Part shown: piece after piece, positions 36,547 through 49,914 of the stretch
How positions within the stretch are numbered: the stretch's first letter is position 1
Layout: each line of letters starts with the position of its first letter
Assembly (NCBI GenBank): GCA_028534125.1
Contig: CM052816.1
Coordinates: forward strand, 50,222,001 to 50,286,000
DNA length: 64,000 nucleotides
Origin: Lama glama
Taxonomy: Eukaryota
Direction of reading: 5' to 3'
The notes under the pieces: generated by a model
Told to the model about the DNA's origin: nothing
Database searches by the model: none
Seen by the model: only the letters and a program-made list of their open reading frames with translations
Translations under genes and position numbers: made by a program

Positions 36547-39369
36547 GTAGACTCTTGATTATAAACAGAGAGAGAGAGAGAAAGAGAGAGAGAATTCATT
36601 TACTGTCCATGCATCACGCTTCACAAAAGAGACATTAATTGATCTTGTAAGGTTTGCTGTCTGCAAAGCAGAAGGTGCTTGGGGTTGATTAATAGAAGCC
36701 TCTACTATGTTTTACTTAATTGTGCCACAGTAAAGGAGTCTGTGTCTCCAACTGAGCAGACAATTTATGCTTCATTAAATTCCCCTCTCGTCTTTGCACT
36801 TCAGGTACTTCGATTAGATGGCAGCTCTATTTTGAATGGCTCATTCAAGCATGACAAGATGCCAGTGAGTATCTGGAGAAGCAATAGAATTAAAAGCACC
36901 CTTTACGTCTGGAAGACACTACCTCTCACTTCTTATAACACTCAATTGAACCCAGTGGTTCATAAATATTCATGAGTCTGAAAAAAAGTATCTTAGATAA
37001 CTGAACAAACAGCACAGAATTCCTTGATGGGAGGCTCAACTAATGCTTCAAAATTAGAAATTTATTTTTATAGGAGTGAAATGTTTGCCTCATCTGGCAC
37101 CTTTGAGAACTAGGTGGCTTAGAGATCTATTTATTTTTAATTACAATATGCGTAGAATATTAACTCTTCAGTGATTAAATATGACCCACCATTACATAAA
37201 GCCTGCAAGATATAAAGCTTGCAGACTTTTTATTTTCTGAAATTGAATGATATGTTGTATATTTGAATATTTTCTTTAAAATAAGTTTCAGTCCAAATAT
37301 GAGCTATGTTTTTACATTCATATATTGACTTAAATTTACACCAATAAGAAACATTTAAATATGTGAGGATAAGATTTTATATGTCTCTTTGCCATTATCA
37401 TAACTCACAGAGAATCAGACAGCCTGTAATTTCATCAGTGAAAAGTTGAGAATCTTAAACTTGTTTCTCTTTGAAGACAAATAATAAAATTATTACTGGC
37501 ACCTTTTAAAGTAAGAGTTTACAATACTTTTAAGTTGTTTACATTCATGAGCCAACGAAGTCATATAAAATGATTCTTCCACCTCTTATCATTTCAGCAG
37601 ACATAATCTTTAACCAAAGTGTAGCCTTTATGACTGGATGTTCGTACTCCTTTAAAAAAAAGTCGCCATTTTCTCTGAGAGTTCTGCATTGCTTTCCATA
37701 CTGTCTGATAAAATGCCTTCCTCACCTTATTCTCCAACCTGCTGACAATCAGATGCCTTGGAAACTGAGCTAGGAGCTACGGCAGTCTCTTGGCATTTAT
37801 ATTTTCTCTTTCAGGATGGAAATCAGGAACTTTCTAAAGCAGTTTAATCACATTTCTCAGTGGGACAGGGTAATTCCAGAAAAAATTCAATGGAAACATG
37901 GACACTTTCAGAGAAAAAAATGGAAAAACTCAGAGAAGCCAACTGAGATGGATATCAGCGATGATCATGAATTGAGCCCTAGCTGATGGATTTAATTATT
38001 CAGCAGCAATATTACAATTTCACTGTCTCTCCTCTATGGCTGGGCAAATGCTTTTTATGAAAATTGCCTCTTTGGTTGATGTATTATTTTGCATGTCCAG
38101 AAGTCCTTTGAACGACTGCTGGTATTTGTTTCACCAAGTTCCCTCTCTTTCATCAGCGCCATGGCTCTCTCCAGGCCTATCCCTACACATACTTTCCTTA
38201 AATAAACATTCTTTTTTCAAAAAAAAAAAAAAAGCAAAGAAAATCTCTGCTCTCCATTTTTGTTTGACTTCCTGCTCATTGCTGTTAACAGTTCCCCAAA
38301 CACAGACAGAGACCTACTTGGACCCTTGTGGCTTTTTCACAAGATCTCTTCTCTTTAAATATTGTGATTTATTCTTCTGAAAAGAAATTGCCCCCTTGAG
38401 AGTTTTTTTCCCCCTCGCCAGGAATTGGGTGTTTGTAAATCTCGCCATTTTGGCAGTAACACCTCTCTAGTGACAGAGCACACATGGATGGAATGGCTAA
38501 GTGTACAGTTAAGAAACCTCACAACTGATGTTTCTCCCACTCGGCATCTCATAAATAACGGGAGAAGGTTGAAGATGGAAGGAGACAAAAAGCAAACACC
38601 CCAATAATCTCTGGTTGAAGGAAGGATGCCTACATGCGGAGAGAAAAACAGGATTCCTTCACTTCTTTATCATCTGAAATTTTCTTGCTTTGCCACTGCA
38701 CCAGACAGGGTGTGGCCATTGTGCCGTCAGGTGTGGGATTATTTCAGAGCACCGGTCGTGAGCATGCAGGTGTGTAGTAAAGACACTGTCAGTTCACAGT
38801 GCCTCTTGAAGACCAAAAAGTGTCTTCACTGTGTGTGGGGGGAGGGCGGGGATCTAGGCAGACTTCTCTTTGTCACACAGAGCAACTGCTTCCAATGCAA
38901 GATCATATAAAAATCTATCTAGCATGATTTCAAAGACATATAGGGCTTATGCTTAGAAAAGAAGAATTTTAATGTAGAGAAAGAAGAACATGATCCAGAG
39001 ATTATCCAGAACCTAAAAATTTATAAGAATCTTGTACTTTGAATCTGTCACTATTAACCTCACCTATCTTTATCTATAAAATTAAAGAAGTTTCCTTAGA
39101 ACCAACTGTAGGTTTCATTCTAATGCTAATATTTGTCAACAGATAGATCTATATATAAAGAGACAATTATTATATGTTGATGTGTATTCTTATCCTCTTT
39201 ATAAGAATTCATATGTATATAATAGAGACTTCTATATGTCAATACATATTATAGAGATACCCCCCCACACACACATATATATAGGGGGATCAATAAATCA
39301 AGTTTCACAGGATATAGATTCTTGAATTAGCTTTCTACATACATACATGTGTGTGCAAGTATGTGTACC

Positions 39370-39600
39370 CTGTATTAGTCCTATTGTTCACCAAATGTTT
39401 TTGGAGTTCCTTCTTGTAAGTGCAAAGTAGGACAGCATTTCCCTGCCACTTTGAAATGAGATTAGCCCATGTGACTTGTGTGGCCACTGAAATGTGAGCA
39501 GAAGTGGTATATTTCATGCCCAGGCAAAAGTTCTGATTTGAGAGCCAGCGTTCATCTCATCATACTCCCTTCCAGCAGCTGCGGGGATGGGACCATGGAC
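39370..39600 (+). mobile_element. MLT1-like LTR fragment
   Basis: 'gcatttccctgccactttgaaatgag...catgtgacttgtgtggccactgaaatgtgagcagaagtg'. Confidence 0.7.
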
Positions 39601-39624
39601 ACACATAAAGACACAAATCTCTGT

Positions 39625-39781
39625 CAGTGGTTGGCATACGTTTTTGGTAAAATGCCAGATAGCAAATATTCCTATTTTTATTTTTCTTAACAAACCTTTA
39701 AAAAAATTCTTAGTTCCAGACTGCACAAAAATAATCTGAAAACCAGATTTGGCCTTTGGGCCTTAGTTTTCCAATGCCCTG
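39625..39781. mobile_element. MER58-like hAT MITE
   Basis: 'cagtggttggca...gccagatagcaaatatt...ccagatttggcctttgggccttagttttccaatgccctg'. Confidence 0.65.
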
Positions 39782-41229
39782 ACCCAGCCTATGCTAAGTG
39801 TAAAAGGCATTTACATCAATTTCTATGAAAAAAAGGGAGATAAAATTGTTTAGAAAAAAGTAATGCTATATGCTATAAAAATGGTATAATTTCAATTTAA
39901 ATGACTCCAAGCAATACTTCCAAACAAAAATAGTTAAAAAGAAACAAGTTCTTTGCATTATATTCTCTTTGTTTTCATGGAGTTAGCCTCTTTCAAATGG
40001 AGCTCTTCCATATGGTAGCCCTATACTTCCCTAGGTGTGTTTTATAAAACATTAGTCTGCTAAGATGTTACACACACATAGACACATGTGCGCACACAGC
40101 AGGCTCTCTGGATAAATAAATTCAGGCAATTCTACATACTGGATCCATGGAATACTTACTATGTGTGGAATACATATTATCTATCAATATCAACTGGAAT
40201 GTCTATTCAGCCCAACACACTCTGGGGCAGCCTCACACAGACTCATACTTTGTTCCAAGCTCCTTGAAGTTCAGTCATTGTTAACATGACTGGTCAAAGT
40301 CTAAACTTCTCCTCCTTCCCCAAGTTCTGCATTTCTCCAGCCTTGTGACTCAGCACTAGGTTTACAACATCTCTCTGGACAGTTTTCACAGCACACTTGG
40401 GCTTAAGCACCAGTTGTTGGCTATGGTAAAAATTAATTTCACGCTAAGATCCCAAACTGCAACAAATGCAAGTCATCTCAGCTTTAAAAGAAACACACTC
40501 AGGAGAAGGTGCTGGGTGGGAGAGGCAAAAGAAAGATTTTTGGTTATTTGGGTTTTTGCCTTTGTAGATCAATTATTTTATAAGAATCAAGAGAATCTGC
40601 ACTTTCTGAAGAACTTCAAGCTTTTGAAACCAATAAGCAGAACTCTATGGAGACCTTGTGACCTGTGACTGACATTATGTTACATTGGGTTGCTTCACTC
40701 TCATGTGTGATAATCAACTTTAACTGCTGTGTTATTCAAACCTTATTCAGTACAAGGCCCTAGCTGGAGTAACAAATACTTCCCATTTAGAATGGCATTA
40801 GAATATTTTAAGTTAGCAAATCCAAGAAAGAGAGAACTGTGAGACAACAAAGAAATTAAAAGCTAAATTAAATATGCTTCAGATATACTATCTATCTATC
40901 TATTTATATTACATAGATTTTTCTTAAATATATATATTTATATACATAATTTTATTATGTGACTTCAAAGAAACTTGAGGAATGTGCCAGAATAGACATT
41001 TCTACTTCAGTTTACATGGAATTATAGAAATGTCACACACACAATGATTTTGGTAAATTTCCACAAGGTACAATAGGGAAAAAAGTGTTAGCATATAATG
41101 TTTAAGGTGTTAAGTAAGGTTCTATCCCATGAAAAGAAATTGCCTACAACTGAAACGATGTGAAATTCTTCATGCAACCCCATCTTTCCCACCCCGAGTC
41201 AAAAGTGCCAGGGTAATAACATTGGAAAC

Positions 41230-41445
41230 TGAATTTTAAAGACCTGAGCTCAAGTAAGAATTTTCCAACAGGTAACAATGTGATGCGAGGAAAATTACTT
41301 AACCACTCTGAACTTTTATTTATTCACCTAAAAAAAGTGGATCATGACCTTTCTCCCTCAACCTGTTGTATGGGTACTTATAGATAATGTATATGAAGGT
41401 TTCTACATTGTGACTGGCACGTGTTACATTTTGTGCTTAATAAAT
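41230..41445 (+). mobile_element. MIR
   Basis: 'aaattacttaaccactctgaac...tgcttaataaat'. Confidence 0.6.
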
Positions 41446-41599
41446 ACAGAAAGGAATCTGGGTCAGTTCCTGTGTTTGAACCAAATTATCAATGATTCAA
41501 AATGCACAAATCCTAACTGCCCCTTTAAAACCAGGACTAGAGGGCAGGTGCTGAGGGGTGAAAATGTGTTTCCCTGCTGTGCCTGAGCTGCAAAACTGA

Positions 41600-42000
41600 A
41601 CAGAAAGCCAGACTTAAACAAGCTTAAACTGATAAAAATACATTTTTTCCTTCCAGAGGAAGTTCAAAGTAGTGTGGCCTTCAACGCTGGTTGATTCAGC
41701 AACTCAAGAATGTCCTCAAACATCTAGTTCTTCCCTGTTCTTGTATGTTGCCCACAGTGTTAACTTCAATCCACATCTCTTTCTCTAGTGGGAGTGAAGG
41801 TAGCTCCTTCCAACCATAAGTCCCTCCACTGAGTCTGACTGGGCCAACTTAGGTCACTTAAGCAAATGACAGCCAAGAGAATGCTGTATTCTGATTGGCT
41901 TAGCACTGGTTCCTCAAGCAAGGAAGATGGATTATAATTGGCTTAGTCAAATCAGAACCTGCCTCTGGAATCAGGTCACCTCCCAAGCCACACAGCTGCT
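41600..42000 (-). mobile_element. MLT1K/L-like LTR fragment
   Basis: 'ggttgattcagcaactcaagaatgtc...tctgattggcttag'. Confidence 0.55.
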
Positions 42001-42419
42001 GTGTGTTAGTGGGTCAGCCATACTGTCCTTGTAACCAGCTCTTTCTAGAAGAACTACAGAGTGTTTTTTAATTAGCTTGATACAGTCACCATGTCGCTTT
42101 CAAATGCCAGTAACCCACCCAATTTTGAGTCAGGAATTTATATGTGTTTTAAAAAATTATCTTCTTTTCCTTGCTTTATCAAAAGTAGTCATGAAATTAG
42201 CCCAGACCATGTAAACAGGAAAGAAATTTAGCTTAGTTTGAGAGAAACCAGACCATAGGAAAGAAGGGATTTTTTTCCCCCTAGTTAGGAATTATATACC
42301 AGTACTGCATCAAAGGGGCCTTCATCACCAACTGACATATTGTAAGTTTGATGTTGATTAATAAGCTTTGACCACTTAACAGTTTAAGCCAGATGATAAT
42401 TTACGGCAAAAAAAAAAAA

Positions 42420-42640
42420 TCTGATTTTTGAGTCCTGGTTCTTTCACTTTTTATCTGTGTGACCTTCAGCAAGGTCACCAAAGTATTTCACTCCTCTGCA
42501 GCTCTCTTCAATGTAAAATGGAGTTGAAAATAGTACCTACCTCAGAAGGTTGATATAAGGATTAAACGACCTAATATGTGTAAAAGGCTTAGTACATGGC
42601 AGGATGTGGAAATAGGATAGAAGTACTTGCTATTATTATC
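42420..42640 (+). mobile_element. MIR
   Basis: 'ctgtgtgaccttcagcaag...tgtaaaatggag...atagtacctacctcagaaggttg'. Confidence 0.8.
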
Positions 42641-43519
42641 ATATTACTATTATCTTCTTCCACTTCAAGGTGGTGAAAATTGAGGATATTTCAGTCTAGA
42701 CAAGAAAAATAAAAGTGGCGATAACTTGCTATATGTGTTTTCAAGGTTGTTATTAAGAATTTGCTTTTAACCAAATTATGTTGCATTTTAGAAAACTATA
42801 ATAAGATTCATGGGGAACACAAACCTGGGAAGACATATTTCACACAAAATAATGGGAACTCAACATCTCATTTTGTATGCACCATGTGGCTATAAAACTC
42901 CTCAGGACATACTCATGCCAAGTCCCAAAGTGTAAGAAAGAATCTGGTTTGTTTTAAATAACATTTGGGTGCAATTTTAATTGCAAGTTGTTCATGAATT
43001 TAGCGTGACTCTGAAAATTTAGCCAACTCTGAGATTTGGTTCTCTTCTTCAACCTTTATTATGTTATAGAATAATTGTGCTTATGTGATTGCTATTTTTG
43101 GAATATCCTTTTAATTCCAATAGTTTAGAAAATCTGTCAGTGGTTTATGTTGTTCACCAATCATATGAATCCAAGTGTTATTTTAAAAATTGTTAAAATA
43201 GCACTTAGTCCAGTTAATGATATAATAATAAAGCAACTAGGACATTAGCATAGGCTACTTTGTATAGTTTGCTATAAGGTTGAGTAAATGAGGCCAAAAT
43301 TACAGATTCTATTTAAGTATGACATGGTCTAGTTTGAAAAGCTCTGTTCTATAACCAGTGCCCTTCCAGGCAGCCTCCTGGGACTGGGGGCCTTTGAGGA
43401 CACGAGAGAGATGAGACAAGGGTGGAGAGGGGAGAGCCTACACCTATACAACTGCTAGGAATTCAGAACTGTTCTTACAAATGATAAGTCAGTGGCATCA
43501 TGAGTACTAATAATCATGA

Positions 43520-44150
43520 TGACTGCAGGCTATTGAACACTTACAACTGCTAGACCCACTGACAGATGTTTTACAAAGTTTATTTAATTTGATTTAATCT
43601 TCAAAACAACACAATAGAGGTATTATTATCCCCTTTTCAAAGAAGAAGAACATGAAGCTTGGAGAGCTAAAGAAGCTTGTTCATAATCACACATAATAAC
43701 TGGTAGAGCCACAGCACTGCATGGAAGAAATACTCTTCTTCAGAGAAAGATGCTGGAGGATGGACCAGTAGGGCAATTGATGGGGCCACCAAGCTCACTA
43801 CAGCACTGATGTTGCTTTTCAGTATTTTCTAAGCTACACTCTATAGTTGCAGTTTTCAGACAACTGCATCAAAAGAAAAAAAAATTTTAAAGTAACTTAA
43901 AAATAATTTCTTTTTGATTTTTTTCTTTAGAGGAAGAAGACTGGATAATGATAATAATAATAGATACTATTCAGTACTTACTGTGGGCCAAGCACTGTTT
44001 AAATACATTTAATCGTCTTAATGACCTCAGGTATAGGATAGTTATTATTTTACTCTAATTCTACAGATGAAGTAAATGAGGATAAAAAAGCTAAATGGCT
44101 TTCTCTAAAATTACACAATCACCAAAAGAAAGAGCCAGGACTTAAGTAAC
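43520..44150 (-). mobile_element. Two MIRs (about 43520-43715 and 43950-44150)
   Basis: Antisense MIR tails and cores. Confidence 0.7.
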
Positions 44151-45359
44151 CTCCATATAAGGTCGAAGCCTGGGCTCAAACTGAGATACTACATTGACTT
44201 TAAAAAAAAAAGGCAGAGAAATATTTATATAATTTGATGAATTTGTGATTAAAAATTGCACCAACTCCCTATTACTCCATCTAAATTTACCCTCCCAACT
44301 TAGCTATCAGAATGATTATCAGTGGTCTCATGACAGAATATATTACGCCTATGATAAAAGCCTCTTGCAAAAACATAAATATTTCCTAGAGACAAAAATG
44401 CAGGAGATGGGGTATAAAGCTCCCCACACATTCTGAACGGGATGCAGATTCTCATCTAACCTGTTTTCCACTAATTGGTGAAAAGTCATAATTGTGTTGA
44501 TACTTCCCTAAGGTACAGATGATCTGTGTAAAATGCTTACATTTACTTACAGCATGTGTGCGCTCAGCCATAAAAAACAAAATGGTGAATAACTCAAATT
44601 AACTCTCATCATTTGTTCAAATACATGTCTCTTTGGTCGCACCTTCTTAATGAATAGGAGCGGACAAGCCACACAGCTAATCGGTTATTTGAAAGGGGTG
44701 ATGTAACAGCGTATGAACTCTTACCTCCTGGGAGAGTGAGTGACAGATTCCAGTTCTCATTACTGTGTAGATTAGTCTCAGAGAATTCATTAGTGCCCAG
44801 TGTGGCAGCTCTGTTGAGTGCCCTTAATTTGAAAAAGAGACAGGAGACCTCTGTGCCCAAGACGGGTGATCTGGAACTGAAGGCTCTGAGGGCAAAGGGC
44901 TCTCCTAAGAAGACGGCAGTTATTCACCTAGTATTTCAGGCGATTGGTGACAGCTCTCTCCCCTTTAGACTATGTGGCTGAACACACTAGAAACAACGGA
45001 GAACTGCTGGATTTGCCCTTAGCTCTGAGGAGGCAGGTTTAATGCAGAATGTTTCAAAAGTCCCATACATCCATATGACTCATCTCCATTATAAATGACT
45101 TTTTTTATTTTACAGAATGACAGTGAGCAGAAGTACCACATAAAAATGCAATTTATCAGTGATCCTGATATTTCATTTTTAGGTAATGTTTTTAATCTTC
45201 TCCACTAAACCAAGAAAGCTTGATACTGACTGATTTAAATATTATGTATGTGCTATTTCTGCCATATGCTGGTAAAGATATTTCTTCGAACTAGCTTCAT
45301 AACAAACACAATCTTCTGACTCCTGGGCAACTAAAGGTGCCAACTCTTACATGCTAAAA

Positions 45360-45645
45360 AGCTTTCAAAGTTTCTTGACTGTAACCCATAGTAAGAAATA
45401 TGTTTTATACACAATCAATACTCATATACATGTAGGCATTTTATAGGTAAAATGAATGTCTTCAGTACATGTGATGCACTCTTATCTGTATTGTCCTATT
45501 TTAATCTCTTCCTTTCATGTATACTATTCTATTGTAGCCTAGTCTACTTTTTGAAGTAGCGTTGGCTTTTAGAAGTGTTGATTTTACTCCAAAAATTGAT
45601 TTTACCATCTATCAGTGAATCAAGATTTGCAGTTTGAAAAACTGT
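45360..45645. mobile_element. hAT-Charlie-like fossil
   Basis: 'gtaacccatagtaagaaata...aaattgatttt...gcagtttgaaaaactg'. Confidence 0.55.
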
Positions 45646-45699
45646 ATGAAAGAACCATGACTCAGGACAAAGACCTTTTCCTATTTATTTTTGTAACAG

Positions 45700-46390
45700 T
45701 AACAATTTATTTATTGAGTGCTTATTATACGCCAGACACTATGCCAGTGCTTCACCAAGTTTCTAACTTAATTTACTATCCACAACAGAGATAAAAGTAG
45801 ATATTACTCTTTCATTTCTCAGATGAATAAAATCAAGCTCAGAGAGGTAAAGAAAGTTGCTCCAGGGCACACAGCTTGTAAGGGGTGGAGCTACAACATT
45901 GACACACTGTAGTAATGCAATAACTATGGAGTGAATAAATATACTATGGCTGGGAATGAGGGCTCAAGCTGGTTCACTTTTGACTATTGGGTGTATTAAC
46001 AACTAATCCTCATTGCAGTGTTTCTTCCAGACCACACTCTAACACTATGGCTTTCAACTATCTCAAAACAAAAATAAAGTTTTATTTAAAAATGCAAAAT
46101 TTCTTTCTTGATTGGGAGAGGTAATAATAATAACAATAATAATAATACTGATGATGATTGTGGCTAATATTTATTGATTACTTAATATGTGCCAAGCACT
46201 ACTCTGTTTTCACATATCGATACTGAATATATTTAATTCTTACATCAACCCAATGACATAAGTATTATTCTTCTGTTTTATAGTTGAGGAGACTGAGGCA
46301 TGGAAAGGTTGTGACTTGCCCCAAAACACACACCTAACAAAACTCAAGAAGTCTGTCCACCAGAGCCTAAGCTCTTGAACCTTTACTCCC
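45700..46390 (-). mobile_element. Two MIRs (about 45700-45900 and 46160-46390)
   Basis: 'tttattgagtgcttattatacgccagacac' and 'gaggagactgaggcatggaaaggttgtgacttgccc'. Confidence 0.75.
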
Positions 46391-47091
46391 TCCTGTAATC
46401 ATTGGAGATCAGCTAAGTTCTTTTCTCACTAAAGCAAGGTTGACACTTTCCCAAGCAAATATAATAAGAAATGCTAAGTGCTTTGATGGAATGAGCCATC
46501 CATTGAGTCGTGTAGCTCTCCTAACATATTCATGGTTTCTTAATTTCAGAGAATTTTTCTGAAGGTTTGGATGTAGCCCATATCACTCAACACAAAGATT
46601 AAAAATTTTAACTTCAGAATATCTTATGTTGTCATGCCTTGGTATTTTATACAGTTAGTGATAAAATATACCTTTTAAGAAGTTAGTCATTCTATTTTTA
46701 GTAAAATCAAAATAAGAAGTAATTGTGTAGTTAACAGAAATTCACTCAAAGACAATTCTGGGGAGACATACAGACACACTCTCAATTATAATCATGAGTA
46801 CCTTACTGGTAGAGAAAACTGTGGTGGGATAGTTCACTGACAGAATTTAAGGGATTAACACGAGCTTGATGAGTAAGCCAATTGAAAGCCACAAACCAGG
46901 TTCACAAGCTGATCCCACAAGCAAGCAAGAGAACATAACAAAGAAGGTTGGTCAGAAGACAGGTGTGCACTACAGATCCTCCCAGCTGCTTTGTAATGAG
47001 ACTTTCTCCCTTTGGTCCCAGATTATCGCCTAGATTAGTTGACTCCTGTAAGACCTATCACATAAATACAGTGGTGTAAACAGTTAGAGTT

Positions 47092-47452
47092 TTTGTAGCA
47101 GAGGTGGCCAGTTCCTGTAGATACACACAACTTTCCTCTTCTACCTGAGACTAACACTAAACCACATTTCTAAGCCTCCTGACATTCTGATCAATGGAAA
47201 AGTGGGTAGAAGCCATGTGGCTGGTCTCCACCAACCTCTCTTGGGATCTTCCATTCTCTTTCTCTTTCCTCATCCACCTGCTAGAAAATACTAGGCAATC
47301 TTGTGTTGAAGAAGGAGGCAAATTAGGTCCCTGATCAAGTCGGTGGGTCTGACAATCTGCATCAGAGTGATAAGAGCGAGAAATAAAATTTGATTTGTTA
47401 GGTCACTAAGACTTTTACAGCAGCTAACATGACTCATCCTAATTACAACAGT
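47092..47452 (+). mobile_element. MLT1J-like LTR
   Basis: 'accacatttctaagcctcc...ttctgatcaatggaa...acagcagctaacatgactcatcctaattaca'. Confidence 0.65.
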
Positions 47453-47739
47453 TCTGGAGTATGAACACTGGTGCAAATGTTATGTTTTAAATAAAAATTA
47501 TGGTTGGTATTTAGTGTCATGAATTGGGAAAATGTGTGTCTTTTGCACATGTAGCCTCATGTGCAAAGGCCTGGCTGATCTTGTTCAGAGTCATGACTGA
47601 TCCCAGCAACCACTCTGGCCCAGAAGAACCTGTAGTCAGATTGGTTCTCTCTCCACTAAATCTTCTGGAACCTACTGAGGGGCCTGTTGCCCTCCTCTCA
47701 ACCAATCAGATGGACTTGGGACTCCTTAAAGACTCACAT

Positions 47740-47970
47740 GGTGGAGTCTGGGTAAACCACCTGAGTTCAAATCCTGCCTTCACCTCCTAGAAGCTGTATC
47801 ACTTGGCAATTTGGTTAAAATCTCTGTGCTCCTCTTTCTTATCTGTGAAGTCATTATAATAATAGTATCTATAATACAGAGTAGTTTTGAGGATTAAACA
47901 AAGCAATCAATATAAAGCATTTAAAAGAATGTCTGGCATATGGTATATGCTCAATCAATGTTAGCTGTTG
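47740..47970 (+). mobile_element. MIR
   Basis: 'ctgagttcaaatcctgcc...gaggattaaa...tgctcaatcaatgttagctg'. Confidence 0.8.
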
Positions 47971-49135
47971 TTACTGTTAGCATTTTTATCACAATACGTG
48001 GGTCACTATCTCCCTCTTGCTTGGAATATTAAGCCTTATAACTCTTATGTCTTTTCTAGGATTGGGACCTTCTCTCTCCTTTCTCTCCATGTCTAGGGAT
48101 GCTGGGAAGCAGTAATGAAGCTTTTCTTTATTACAATTCTATTCTTTGAGTTCATTTTTCTAGGTTCTCACATTGTCAGAAGGAAGAATCTTCTTTTGGT
48201 TTTACTTTCAGACTTAAGAAAAAAAGAAAACGCCTAAATTAGAATTGGCCTAAACACTCATAGGCAATAATTACTTGGAGCTGAGGCCTGGGTCCAGATG
48301 GATGTGTCTGCCCTCTTCCCGCAGCTGAAAGGGCCCTTGTACAAGGCATGGATCAGAGCTCAGCTTTCTGTTGCTTAAGCCTACCCAGTCTTTGCCATAT
48401 CTTTCAGTATGGCTAAGTTACAATGGCAAGTTCAAGACCACTCTTCCTAGCATGGTTGTAAGGAACAGGGCACTCCATCATGAGCCAAGATTTTGGTTGA
48501 GAGGGGGATTTTATAATGAATTTTCACACATTAAGACATTCTTAATGTTTTTTTTTTCCCCAAATCCCTGGCAACAGGTAATGATTAATGCTTAAAAGAA
48601 CATCGTTGCCCTTTCTCTTTCATTGGACACTTTATCATGGTGGCAGCCAGACTCTCTTATGAAGGTTAAAAAGTAATTACTGGCCAGAGTATATCAGTTC
48701 CATTTCTCTTCATTTCAAAAGCCAGTTAACTGTACATAAGTTTAAAAAGAGAACAGATGGGGTAGAAGCAGAGACCATGAATGTGACCGAAGGTACATGG
48801 TAACAACAAAAGGAAACTTGTTGATATTAGATGATGATAATTGCTCAGACTTGCCCACACTCTGTCTGCATTGAGTTCATTGCTCACAGAAGGGGGAAAA
48901 AAAAGGAATGAAAAGAAAGAAAGAATAGGTGCTCACTTGATTTTTAAGGCTTGAGTACAAATAAATATCTATTTCGTTTGTTTTGTACATTAAATCATTA
49001 AAGCATTTTATTAGCAATTCACAAGTGATGTGTATTTCAAAATTAAGAACTTTCATGACAACAAATTGTCTTCAATGAGAGAGGAAGAAATATTTTTACT
49101 TGGAAACAAACAGTGCAATGCTTTTTGTTTGTATT

Positions 49136-49155
49136 TTCTTTCTTTTCTCTCTTTC

Positions 49156-49219
<64 letters not shown>

Positions 49220-49234
49220 TTCTTTCTTTCTTTC
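49136..49234. repeat. (TTTC)n microsatellite
   Basis: Seen directly in the sequence. Confidence 0.95.
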
Positions 49235-49914
49235 TATTTTTTGTGAAGAGGCAGGATTGACAATAAAGAAAAATAATGAATTGTAAGAGAGTGAATACTA
49301 GGAAATACAGTTAAATCAAAATGCATATCCTTCAAAGCTTAAACAAAGCTGTCTTTCTATCTTGTGTTTCTATCTAGTTTTCTGTTATATACAGACATGC
49401 TGAATCGAACTGCTCTAAGACTTCTTTTAAATTAGTTTGAATGTTCTAACTGTACCAATATTACAGTCACAAAATATAGCAGGTATTTTTTCAATATTCT
49501 TGGCTGCCAAGGACCTGAACTCTATTCATATATTCATCAGAGAAATTGAAAAAAGGCCGGACACTCACCTTCCCAGTTTCTCTAAAGCAAGACATAGGCA
49601 TAAGACCTGACATCCACTAATCACATACATACTCCATATTTTGAATAGAAGGCTACTGATACAAAGCAGGAGCTTCAGGGAATTCTTTCTAGAGTCAGTG
49701 ACTATTGCAGTGAGAGCCCATCTCCAGGGCAGCAGTGACCAGGGCTCCCTGTGACTAAATCAGTGCCAGCAGTGTTGGCAGTTCAAGCAGCAGAGATAGC
49801 AATATACTGGGGAAGTCAAGTTCACTAAATTGTTTGGGACATTGCTTCTGGTGTGTGGCCATAGAGCCTGATAATCCTATGATCTCAGCAAATCAATGAA
49901 CAATCTGGCATCCT

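Noticed and set aside
43245..43340. Ancient tRNA-like or MamSINE1 head
   Set aside because: Too degenerate to support without an HMM search.
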